A DNA stretch of 64,000 bases, taken from assembly GCF_040938485.1 (NCBI RefSeq), contig NW_027270908.1, positions 1,550,001 through 1,614,000 on the forward strand, written 5' to 3'. Within the stretch, counting starts at the first letter, position 1, and the number at the start of each line of letters is the position of its first letter. Below are positions 26,501 through 39,320 of the stretch, one piece after another. Both the position numbers and the translations under genes were made by a program. This DNA is from Diadema antillarum (lineage: Eukaryota). Below the pieces are notes generated by a model, which did no database searches, was not told the DNA's origin, and saw only the letters and a list, made by a program, of their open reading frames with translations.

Positions 26501-29500
26501 TTATTTTTGCTGTGATCGATGTGAGAAAAGAAATGAGATGATTCCCTTGTTTAAGCATCTCAGACATACTGCAGTACAATTTTGAGTTGTACTCCTTCAA
26601 AACATACAATTTACTTAGATGTACAGATTTTAATTGCATACATAGTATACAATTACAAATAATGAATGTTTATGAGTGCAACGGACAGGATATTTAATGA
26701 CGTGAAAGATGAAATGATCCTTTCAACTCGGTTACACCTCATTGAACGGATCAATAATTTAATCTTTCACCGAATGAATTATTCTGTCCATTGCACAACT
26801 GAAAAACAGTCATTATTTGTTTTATATAACACCTGAAAATAGATCCTTGTCATTTGATGTTTTATGAATTTAGAAATAAGAGAGAATTTATGAGATGTGA
26901 ATTTGAGAAAATGCTGAGCACTAGAGGTAAGTAGGCAGTCCATCAATATGCTTGATTGCATGCACACTGCAAATGCAAGCGTTTTTTTCCTACGTGCATA
27001 TGGTGTGCCTGACTCTCGGCGTGCGTGCAATGGAGCAAATCGCATGGATCCAACATTGCACAAAAATGGAGCCACAATTGCATGAATGATGACACAATTA
27101 TAGAATGGGACAGATGATCAATATCCAACAACCAATCAAATGACAAGGATCTATCTAGGTGTTATGTAATATATTATATTTTTTTCTCCTTCTTTTCCTG
27201 CTTCACAATGTGCCTTGGAATAGTAATAGTTGTACTAGATAGATGGTGNNNNNNNNNNNNNNNNNNNNNNNNNNNNNNNNNNNNNNNNNNNNNNNNNNNN
27301 NNNNNNNNNNNNNNNNNNNNNNNNNNNNNNNNNNNNNNNNNNNNNNNNNNNNNNNNNNNNNNNNNNNNNNNNNNNNNNNNNNNNNNNNNNNNNNNNNNNN
27401 NNNNNNNNNNNNNNNNNNNNNNNNNNNNNNNNNNNNNNNNNNNNNNNNTATTTGCCACCATAATGTAAGCGCACAGATTTACTGGCAGTTCCATTTGATT
27501 TTTATATGTCTAGAAACTTTGGCGTAACAGTTTTTCATGTTTATATTTCCTTCTGAAATTGTATCATACCTCGTGCATTAACTTCTTTAAAATGTACTGT
27601 GTGAGAGCAGTGAGTGCTGTCAACCATTGACTATGAGTGTGAATGCACAATGATTATAGGCAAGTGTTCATGTTTAGGTTCATCTTTCATGAGTGTCCGT
27701 GCCCTAATAGCAAGCTAACCATGTTTTTACTTCCCTTGCAAGCAGGTGCTGCTGTTTGTACTGTAGCAAATGATATGCAACCGAATGATTAAATTCAGGG
27801 CCTATTCACATACACCTAGAGAGAGAGAAAAAAAAAGTTTTTTTTTTCCCCAAAATTCATTTTTGCACGGCGATGCAAGAATCGATAATTCTTGTGTGTG
27901 GACACAAAAACAAATTAGTTTACAATCTCAAATTACTTTCTTCCCCCCCCCCCCCCATGCAAAAATATGGTCTTTTGCTTTTTCTATTTCTCATGATAAT
28001 TGCCTTGTGCAGTGTGTATGAACAACATATGAAAACAGATCCAACTTTTTCTGTTTACTCCATGGTCCAATTCGCCACACTAGGAGCTGTATAAGGGTGT
28101 CTTAGGTCATGTTCCAGTCATTGCTTAGGCATACGCAGTTTATAAATTCAAATCGCTTTGCTCGCATCCAAGTGTTTCATTTTTGTTTTTCTTTCTTTGC
28201 CGATGTGTGGGAATGGCAGTTAGTAAAATCCGTTTTTTGCATCGCAGTACAAACATTGACCATTCCTGTGTGTGAATGGGCCTTAAGTTATGTGTTATCT
28301 GATGTTCTTTTGAGGACAATATGAAAGTAGCTAACTTTGGCTTTAACACCTACAATGTACTTCACTTGACTGTTTGTGACTGGTGTTTCACTTCTTCAGT
28401 ATTGAAAATATTATGCATGCACACTGCACCGTGCGAAGTTAAATTGATTAGCAAGTCATGGCCTGATTACAATAAACTTTGCAATCAGCTGGCTACCACA
28501 ACCGATCAATTGTCTAGCCCAATTAACCAGTCACAATCAAATATTGAAGACAGGGAGTGAATTGCTGTGTTCATTTCAAAGAGTCAATTTATTTCTATGA
28601 TATATCATGGGTTGTGACTCTTTATGATAGTCAATAATTGTCAATAAAGTATGGTTTTAACTTTTGTCATGCAACGTTATTTATATTTTGTGCAGTGCGT
28701 GCCAGTGGTATTTAAAGGAAACCAAAACCCAAAGAGAAATGTGGATGGAGTGAAAGCAGCAACATTAGTAAAACACATCAGTGAAAGTTTGAGGAAAATC
28801 AATGTAAAAGTTATGAATATAAGAGAATTCCACAAAAATTAATTTTTCACGGAAAGTACAAATTCCATCAACTTGATACTCACATATGTTAAGGGTAATA
28901 ATTATTCCCCTTGATTTCTGAAAGTGGTTAGTCGAGTGCTCTTTCATTACGCTAGAAAGTGAAAGCATGTTGAATTTTCTTTATATATGACGTCATAAGC
29001 TCAAGTAGTCTCCTTGTCCAGTGGTTCCAACACCAAAACTTTAAAAATTCATAACTTCTGCATCTATTGTCCGATTTTCCTCAAGCTTTCACTGATGTAT
29101 TCTACTAATGTTGCTGCTTTCACTCAATCTACATTTCTCTCTGGGTTTTGGTTACCTTTAATCTCACAGTGTTTCACAAGTGCAGTGTCAACCTTCTTGA
29201 TTAAAGTTAAAATGCTTCTATTTTATCAAACATTCATGTGGAATGTAGACAAGATGATTTTATGCTGAGAATGGTGATAAATGTTGAATGACAAGATGTG
29301 TTGGTTGCCATGGCAATGGACAGTGCATGCCTTTTTTTGAATCCCACGTTAAGCTGCAGAGAGAGACATCCTCAGTGTTCTCTGGCCTCGTGGTGCACAA
29401 CATTCGGTGTAAAACAAAAGCAAAAATAAAAAGAAAGTGCAGTTTGCCTCACCCAATAATGCACTGCGCCTCAGGCACTTGATATCATCAAACATTGCAT

Positions 29501-32500
29501 AACGATTTAACACAACAACAAAAAGGAGGAAAAAAAGACAGTCTGGTCTAGCATAGCATATCTTTATTTACAAATCATATGTTGCCTCTTTTCATTCCCT
29601 CTGGACATGATTTTATTTTATTTTTTTCTTTCCGTGGCTTCGCGTGGGTTCAACATAACTTTCATCACATCCAGGATAATATTGCAGAGGGCCTGCCCGA
29701 GGTATATCACAAAACACACAAGAGTCAAGTGTTTTCTATTCCTTATCTTCTTTTTCTCATATTGGTCTCCATCTATACATCTTTTTCATTTATTTTTCTC
29801 CTGTTAGTCGTACTAGATGTACTCATTTGTTACCAATGAAATCTACCCATTTATTTATTTATATATTATTTTTTTCTGTTGTAGATTACCACTTCATTTT
29901 TCAGTTCATTTGAGGCAGAACCCACAAAGCCATTGCTCTTGTAGATTAGTCACAAGTTAGTATGATTTAGTGTGCAATTGATTTCCTTCCATTAATTTTT
30001 TTTTTCAAAATCTTTACCCTTTGAAAAATTGGTCATATCAGCCATGACGGTGTAAGCAGATACTTACATATATACCACATAAGCAAAAGAGGAATTCCTG
30101 ACTATATATCGGTAGATCATAATCGGCAGTTGATTGCCGTTTGGAGGGGAGGTTAGTAGAGGTGGAAGACCAAGTAATCTGCAGGAACATTGTTTAATAT
30201 CTTTTCTGTTAGAAGCAATATAGATGTGCGGAAGAATCAAACGCTGAAATTTGCCGGTTCCTAATTTCAAATGATGGCTTTTGAAGTCTCAGTCTTGCAT
30301 ATGTGGAGTTAATCATTGTTGTGCATCTTTTAGTGTCTTTTTCAAAGTTGAAGCTGGTAGCATCAAGTCAAAAGAGCTTCTCAGAGTTGATATAGAGGAC
30401 ATATTACATAGTGATACATGATATCCTTGTATAGATTTGGAGTCTGTGATGTACACAGTAATAATTTTCACCTAAATCTAATTTTGGATGTCACCTCTTA
30501 TAACTGATTGTAACGGGAACACTAACAAATTAGGAGATGATCTATTTATTAACCAAGTACATTTCAGAAAGAGTCATAACATTCAAAACCCTCTGATTAC
30601 ACCTTCTTGCCATTCCATTCACATCTGAATGTTGCGATCTGTGAGGGTGTCTGGGAATCACAATACACATCTGATGGGGGCACTGAAATAATAATTTTAT
30701 AGTGCAGTGTGTTGCAGCTTTGGGGGAGTGCTGTTATATCTGAGATCTACCCATGTACTTACCGTTTGTTTATAAATTGGTAGAGTTAATCAACCCACAC
30801 TTTATACGGTTTAGTGCAGTATTGGGGCTTTTTTTTTTCATCACAAATTTATCTTTTATTGTCAGTGTTTTGCAAGGTATTTATTTATCTTCTTTTTATT
30901 ATTTTAGCCCTTTGATGTTCCTGTATATATTTATTTACTCTGGTTGTAGAATTTTCAAGAGCCTTTCAATCCCTAAATTTATAATTAGTCCCTCAATTGG
31001 CAACTTATCTTTAATAGTGAAGATTATGGTCATTCTTTCTGTCTCATAATATTTGCCCATTTTCTTTTCCTTACTTTGTGCAAATTTAATGCATCCAACC
31101 ATTTCCATCTCATCTTTCTTCACTGCATTAAACGTAGTAAAATTTCAATTTGCTAATACAATAAATGAGAACAATTTGATAATTTCTGTTCTGAAATTGC
31201 CCTATTGCTTGATGGGTTAAACTGTTGTAAAGGATTACATGCAAGTGCAGTGGATGCATGTTTTTCATATAGCTACTTTCCTGAGTCTTTTGATGGGCTC
31301 TCAGAATGCTTTTGGGAGATTTTCAAAATATTGAAGTGTAAGGAGAAAAGTCTCTTAGAAATCAATATGTTCCCTCCTTCCTTCCCCTTTTCTACTACCC
31401 CCCCCCCCTCGCTCTTATCCCCTCAGTCCCCCTCCCCTTAGCCCCCTCTCACTTCCCCATACCATTACATAGCCTTGCTTTGCATCAATTAGTATTCTTT
31501 GCAGAAACATGTGCAAATTCCAGGGACACTTTCTTAATTGAATTAAAGCTGCTTATAACAGAAAAAAAAAAGCTTCTTTTTAATCCACACACAACATCTC
31601 AAGTAGGCATCTTAATTTGAATTCTTGTTCATATCCTGTCACTTAAAATGCATTTTAGCAAGACTTAACCACTCTTTTCATTGTCAGTCCAATTATCTAT
31701 TCACTTACATTCCTATTAATGATTTAAAAGGCCTTCTGTTTCTCAAATTGGCTATGTATTCTTTGGCATGAGATTTGTCATGAAAAGTTTAATTCTCTTT
31801 TTCAAGAATGATTGTAAAAAGAAAATTAATACATTGATAATATATCTGAAAATGCTCCCCCGACAGATTTTCTACACCAGCATCCAAGGATGCAACTTTT
31901 TTGGTTTTGTCGATTCAGAGGAGACCTTTATGTAGACAATAAGTATATTGAAATCAAGATTTGATATGTCTGAGTATTGTTTTCATCTACTGGGATTTAT
32001 TTTTCAAGGCTATTGACACTGAATTCATCCTTTTCTCATACAGTGCAGTCCAGGCTTCAACATTTAAATTGATTTCAGATATATATGCTTGTCATTTCCT
32101 TGACAAACTACATTCAAACTTGAACATGGTGAATTCTTCAATCAGATACCTGTTCAACTGTTTTAATGACTCTGTGTGGGCTTTTGTGGTTTGTTGATCA
32201 ATTCCCAAGGAAGGTAGTAAGGTGTACTGGTACAACTTGTATTACAAATACAGAGAAACCTCGTTATAGTGAGCTTGCTTAGAATGAAGTACCACTCTGA
32301 ACAAGATGATTTTGGCAATCCCAATTTTCAATTACTGTAAAACCAGAAATCTTCATGCGCACCTCAATTTAGCATATTTCACAAGAGCCAAAATTTGCAA
32401 AATTAAAATGCATGCAAAAGTCTTTTTCTACACTCTACACATTGAATGCCAGGGGGCAATTCATGGAGATTTCATGCTGCAAGAAAGGCCTATGGCTCCA

Positions 32501-34429
32501 ATTCACAAAAATTTTATGCCATGAAAATTTCTTGCTTTACAATACTTTAGTTAGCTGGTCTCTCTTTAGTACATTTACAATGAGGTGCTGGTTATTACGA
32601 GTTCAATTCAATAGCCCTGGCGATCTCGTAATGATATCTTCCTGTACAATACAAAACATATACAACATGGCAAGTGTTCCGTCATACTGGCATTGTGTGG
32701 TATATTGTGTGAACTTCTACAGGCCCTCCGCAAATCTTGAGTTCTCCTTTGGGTTCAGCTTTCAGCTTTTCAGTTTTGCCACGCTCTGGGTTTTTGCATG
32801 TCGCCACACTAGTGTTCCTTTTCTGCATGTTTTTAGTCATTAGAAATTACTCCATGCATGCTGAAAAACAATTTTTTTTGTTCATGCAAGGAATTTAGTA
32901 GTGTCATTTCTAGAGCATTTGATTTTGATTATATATGTGTGTAGGTTTGTGTGTGTGAGTGTGTGTGGGGTATATAGGTTTGTGTGTCTACTCCCATTTT
33001 GAATATTAATATTAGGGAAATTTGAGAAATACTCCTGATTATATCACGTTCTCTGTGCAGCATGTCATGCACACTTTTGCTCCTTTTTTTTTTTTCGTTG
33101 GCAATAATCAAGTTTTTATGTCCTAATCATACCCTAAAGAAAACATAATATCATGGGAGTGGAAATATGCTGGCTGTATAATACATGCCTCACATTTCCT
33201 CAACATGTAAGAAATGACTGTCAGTATTTATTATTAACACACTTTGTCTGGTAGTTGGGTTGCCTGTTTCTTAAAGCCACTTTTTACCATTTGCAGGTAA
33301 AAAAAATAGCTCTAGTGCCTCAGAATAAATCTAAAATGTGAGTTAGGGATAGAAACAACCAATGTAAAAAATGTTAATCAGTATAATCAATGTTCACTAT
33401 TGTTAAATATACAAAATGTGAACTATAGTTTTATCAAAATCGTTTACTGTAAACGTCAATATTTTCGCGCGATTAATTTTTCGCGCTGAGCGGCTCGAAA
33501 ACGTATTCGCGGGTTCTTAAATTCGCGCTCCGCAGCAGGTTACTTTACTGTAGTACACATTCACTGCTTTCATCCAAAGCCTCTGCTACATAGCTTGCTA
33601 TGCCAGCGTACGACAAGCGACGTAGCGAGCGGCTCGACTGCGAGTACAAGCACTCAAATACGTAGTACAGCTGTGACTCTAGTACCGTAGTCACGGGGGA
33701 CTGTAGCATCGATGCGTGCGGTGCACACATGCATGCTACAGTACACAGCAATCTAGGGTATCGTCTCTTCGCACAGTACTAGTAGCGTAAACATGCCTGT
33801 ACATTGTACTACGTAGCAGTATCATCGATGAAGCGCACACAATTCATCCCGTTCAAAATGTGCGTAGAAAATTGTGAAGATATATTCGCACGTTTTTGAA
33901 TTCGCGCTAGCCGAGCGTAGCGCGAAATCCGCGAAAATTAATGTACCGCGAAAATTTCCACGTTTACAGTATAGAATAAACCATCAACAGTTATGTTTTT
34001 ATTGAGAAAAATTCGTGATATATCCTTTTGTGGCTTTATGCAAATGTTTTATATGGTAAGATGTTTTGTGATAGAACTGAACTATACATGTACATTGAAT
34101 GTGATAGCTCGAATTTTTTTTTTCATCACTGCTCCCAGTGGTAAACAGTGGCTTAAAGTGAGGAAATAGCATGGTCATTGTGGAGGCAAGCATCTAAAAA
34201 TGATCACCACTCTCATTTTTTTTTTTAATGTTTGTTGCACTTGCTGCTTTATAGTGGAGTATATCAGTAGCTGGAATCACTGAGGTGCCCCCAGTGGCTT
34301 TCCTACCAAACTTCATCGTCCAGAGAAAGGTCCTCAGACCCCTGAGGCTACAGACAGGTGGAACCATCTTGGTAAGAAATCCTCGCTCTTTCCCTCACCA
34401 CCATCTCTCTCTCTCTCTCTCCTTGCATA

Positions 34430-34461
<32 letters not shown>

Positions 34462-37400
34462 CCCCTAACATATATTTCTCTCCTCTCACTTCAACTCCAC
34501 ATTTATCTATCTATCTATCTATCTATATACTCCTCTATTATATTCATCTCACATTTTTACTTTCTCTCTTTTATACATCTCTCCTTTCTCTCACTCTATA
34601 TATCCCCATCTCTCTCCCCTACATCTCTCACTTTTTCTCCCCTTAGCATATCTTTCTATCCTCTCACTATACCTCCACATCTATCTCTCTCTATACTCCT
34701 CCATTATATTTCTCTCACAATTTCACTTTTTCTCTCCTTTACACATCTTTCCTTCCTCTTATTCTATATATCCCCATATCTCCCTCTCTCGCTCCCTCTC
34801 TTCCTCTCTCCCTCTCTCTCTCTCTCTGTCTATTTGTCTTTCTCTCTCTCTCTGTCTTACTTTTTCACTCCTTTTTACTCTCTTTATTATAAAATCAGTT
34901 TTTTTGTTGTTTTTTTTTGCGAACTGGAGCTGATGGCATTTCATTGGCTGAGAACCAGAAGGGCTTTTAACCCGTTGAGGACGGTTTTGATTTTGCTACA
35001 ACACGCATTTCCCCTAGACGCTTGCCCGAGTATACGCAGGACTGGTCCTCAGCGGGTTAATATTGCAATTTTGGGGGTATTGAGTTATTGGTATCACGTT
35101 GTAGAGCTTCATCTCCTCTTTATACATTATTGTGTCAATTTTAGATCATTTTCATTTTCAGTAAAATGTTAGAAATTAACACCACAAGGATACTGTCTTA
35201 TCCTATATTTGGAACAATGCATATAAATTTACCCACTTTTGACTATATAAACTTATTATGTCATGAAAATTGATTGTTTTATTTTTATTTATGCTCATAT
35301 TTTGGAAAGTGATAGCGTCTTTCTAGTTCTCAGCTGATGATTTGAGAAAATGTGTTGTTTTACAGTATCTGTCAGTAATCTTTGGATTTAGAGGGGAAGT
35401 TTGTATGGATTGAGTAAATGCAGAAAAACTTGTGAAATGCACTGATCAGTGAAAATTGAAGGATGATCAGACAGTCCCGTGAAGTTATGAATTTTTCAAG
35501 TTTCAGTTATTTCTGTGTACTGCCCTCTGGAGATAGGAATTGACAGGAAATTTATGATGTCACTGCAGGAGGACAGTATAAACAAAATATGGCATAATTT
35601 CACATGAAGTTAAATATTCTATGGTATCAGAAGAGCCTCTATGGAAGACCCCTGGCGAAGTTTGGCAAAGATAAATAACAGTCCATGACCTGCTAACTAC
35701 GGAAGTGCTTTTGCTCCCACGCAATATCAATGGAAATCATAGGTAAAGGGCTTCATAAGCATTCCTCTTAATAATCTGCAACATATAGGGAGCCAAGCTG
35801 GCCATGGAGCGGGGCTGGGCCATCAACATTGGGGGCGGGTTCCACCACTGCTCCAGCAAGCGGGGCGGGGGCTTCTGTGCCTACGCCGACATCACCCTGG
35901 CCCTGCGCTTCCTCTTCACCCTGGGCCTCGTCCGCAAGGCCATGATCCTCGACCTCGATGCCCACCAGGGCAACGGCCATGAACGCGACTTCATGCAGCA
36001 GCGGGACTCTGTCTACATCCTGGATGTGTACAACAGGCACATATACCCCCGGGATGGCTACGCAAAACGTGAGTTTTCGTGCAAGATGGCATCTTCAAAG
36101 GTGAAACATACATGTAGTTCTCAGAGGGGCTCCAAATTCATCTTCCACCATTTTGGAAGTTTGCTTGCATTATATCAAAAGGGTCTACCAAGAAACTTGT
36201 CTGGCGGACGCAAATTGTCAGGATGATAAGTGTTTTGGCATATTTTACAATCAAAAGTGTAAAATGATTTTGATTGGAGTACATGAATGTTATTCCTGAA
36301 GCGCCATCTCTGTTTAGTGGTGGATAGGTAGAGCGTTACATGATGATCGATCATGCGCGAGCAGCAGTTTTTCCCAGCAAGCTGCCTGAGACTCACTCTT
36401 GCGTGGAATATTGATGGATGCTGCTATGGCCAGATTTGTAAATGATTATAAAACATTACACAGCAACCATAATCTGTGCCATATGTTACTTTGGAGGAAG
36501 GCACTGTGATGTCAAAGACACAAGTATTTTCCTGATTATCACACTGATTTTAGTTGTCATGACATTGCGATCACGGTGAGAAATCATTGATATTTGGCAC
36601 AGAGAAGATATAAATGTGCGTCCTCCTGATTTAGATGCAGCCCTTACTGTTGCAGTAATTAAAAAAAAAAAAAAATGCTTTCCCACCAAAGTGGCTTCCT
36701 TGTACAGGAGGCAAGCAATTTTTTCACATCCTAGATCTTGGATATGACTTCTGATGAGCCGTGTGAGTAGAATATATGGCAATGGGCTCTCTCTATTAAA
36801 GTGCAGTCTAGATACAGAATTTACAATGCAATGTGTCCTTGTGTAATAGTCATAAAACACACAGTGCCATATGCCATGCTTTATTCATGTACATTCGAGT
36901 GACAGTTACATAGAAATGAGAGATTGTCAATATGATGTGCTCTCTGTCAATTAATGAAATCATCTGGAAGGAATCTCGATATTTCTATGTTACGCATGTG
37001 TTGCTCAGTATATACTCTGCGCGATTGGCCAGTTGCCTCTCTTGGCCTGCTCTCTTTCTTAATACCAATAGTACAGACATTCTAGCACCAACTACCCATG
37101 ATGAGTCAATGTGTGCAAGGCTTACACATTTTATCCAAACCATCATAGTGATGTTTATTCTGAAGCAAATCTTAAAGGGATGGTATAGTCTTGGTTGAGA
37201 TGGGGATTCAGATTTTAACTTTTTGCAAAATAATCAGATTTTTTGCGAGATGATTACAAAACACACAAATATGAGAGAGCATACAATTTGAAGAGGAATT
37301 CAAAGTTTATTTGATGAAAATCAGTTTTGAAATGCCTGAGATATCCACAAACAAAGTAAAATGGTAGTGGTCCTAATAAAAGGTGGGTCCCACCTTTTAT

Positions 37401-39264
37401 TAGGACCTCTTTGTTTCTGGATATCTCAGCCTCTCAAGCATTGTATGTTCTTTCATATTTCATAAAGTTTTTATGACCCCCCCCCCCCCAAAAAAAAAAA
37501 AGATGGTTTGAAACCTGAAGCCCCATCTCAAATAAAAACTATACCATCCCTTTAAAGTTGAAATGCATTATAAGCTTTTGTTCATTGTGAGAGATGATAT
37601 CCTTTGGTCTTGTTGTAGGCTTTTGTTATCCTTTTTTTTTCCTGAACATTCCCTTTCTGATACTCATCGGAGTGGAGTGAAGCATGGTCTTTACATTACA
37701 GGCTATGTCAGAACTTGTCTGGTGTTACTATTATAAATTGCTTGATTCTACTTGTGGGATTTTCAGTAGCAATATAAAATACCGGTATGTATTTATTCTG
37801 TGCACAGGTGGCATCAGCAGAAAGGTAGAAGTGAATTATTTCATCGCAGACGAAGAGTACATGACTTTAGTAGCAAGGTGAGTGGACTTCCCATCATTCA
37901 AAATACAGATGTTAAATGGGCATTTGCCCCAAATATATGTCCAAAAAAAAATTACAACGGAACTCTCCGCAATGATAACTTCAAGAATAGTGAATCAATC
38001 CAAATACAACTTCAGGGTGAGAAACTATAACTTATTTCTGACATCTTACAGAAAACCCCATCCGATTTGCTTCAGTGGTCAAAGAGAAATGAGTTTTGTA
38101 GAGCATGTCAGGAATCCCTTCCCTCCAAGTTCTGTCCATTGTGTTCACACATTATTCAGTTCCAAGAGCATCCAAGTGCTAAACTTGGAAGAATCAGACC
38201 CATGACATAGTTTACAACGATCCACATTTCTCTGTGACAACTTAACCAAATGGAATGGGGTTTTCTGCAAAATATAGCTAAGATGTTATAGTTCATGACC
38301 TCGAAGTAGCATTTAGACAGTTTAATCATATTGGTAGTTATCAGTGCGAAAATCCGATTGTAATTTTTTGGGGGACATACTGTATATGTGGATTCATTAA
38401 ATACAAAAATATAAGTAGAACACATACTGGTATTAAGTGAAATGTGAGGAAAATTGAATGATGTGTTCAAACCTCAAACCTTAAAGATTTCCAGTTTTGA
38501 TGAAATGCAATATAGCAGTATTGCAAAATGAAAAAAAAAAATTATATGTCAAAATTTGAGCAGTCAAAAAGAATGTAAAACAGCTGGTCCGTGGTAGAAT
38601 CAAACAAAATAGATCGCAAAAAGGCAAACAGGTAAATAACATAGAGCATCAATTATGAAAAGTCTTGCTGGAAAATGGAAGCAGCTACATAAGTCAAGAA
38701 TTTAGCTTTAAGATGCAAAATAATTGATTGGTTTTGAAGAATGGCAGGATGTTAGCAAAGCACAATGATTTGATCAATCAAATTTGCAATAGATTTATAG
38801 AGATTGTGAAGACTATGTGTAGGTGACATATCAAACCAATGTAACATCTATAAAATGACGAATTCTTATCCCGCTTATCAAACTGTACTCCCAACATTTT
38901 AACACTTCCAGAATCCTACCATTTATGTAAAAGTATCAAAAAATGTATAAGAATACATCAGAAAACAGCAGTATAGATTTTTGAGTAACCGTGGGAATGG
39001 GATTCAAGCCGAGGCATACATTGACTTCATTAACAGCCGAAGCACTCCCATATGACAGAGCACTAATAGATGCAGGGTACGCACTTCACAAGTGCCAAGT
39101 GCGAAGGATAGTGGAATATTTCAGGGGTTAATCACCGGAACGTGGTGGGAATCGAAGATGAGCCATTTGGGGACTCGTACTTGTACATGCACTCAATGGC
39201 AAAAATACCTCGACAGTTGACATTCACTTGTCAAACACAACAACTTGAGGATCGACAAATAAGA

Positions 39265-39320
<56 letters not shown>

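Noticed and set aside
34285-35172. 295-aa ORF, the longest in the track
   Set aside because: Only the first ~29 codons are HDAC11 exon 4; the rest is translation of a CT-rich intronic repeat.
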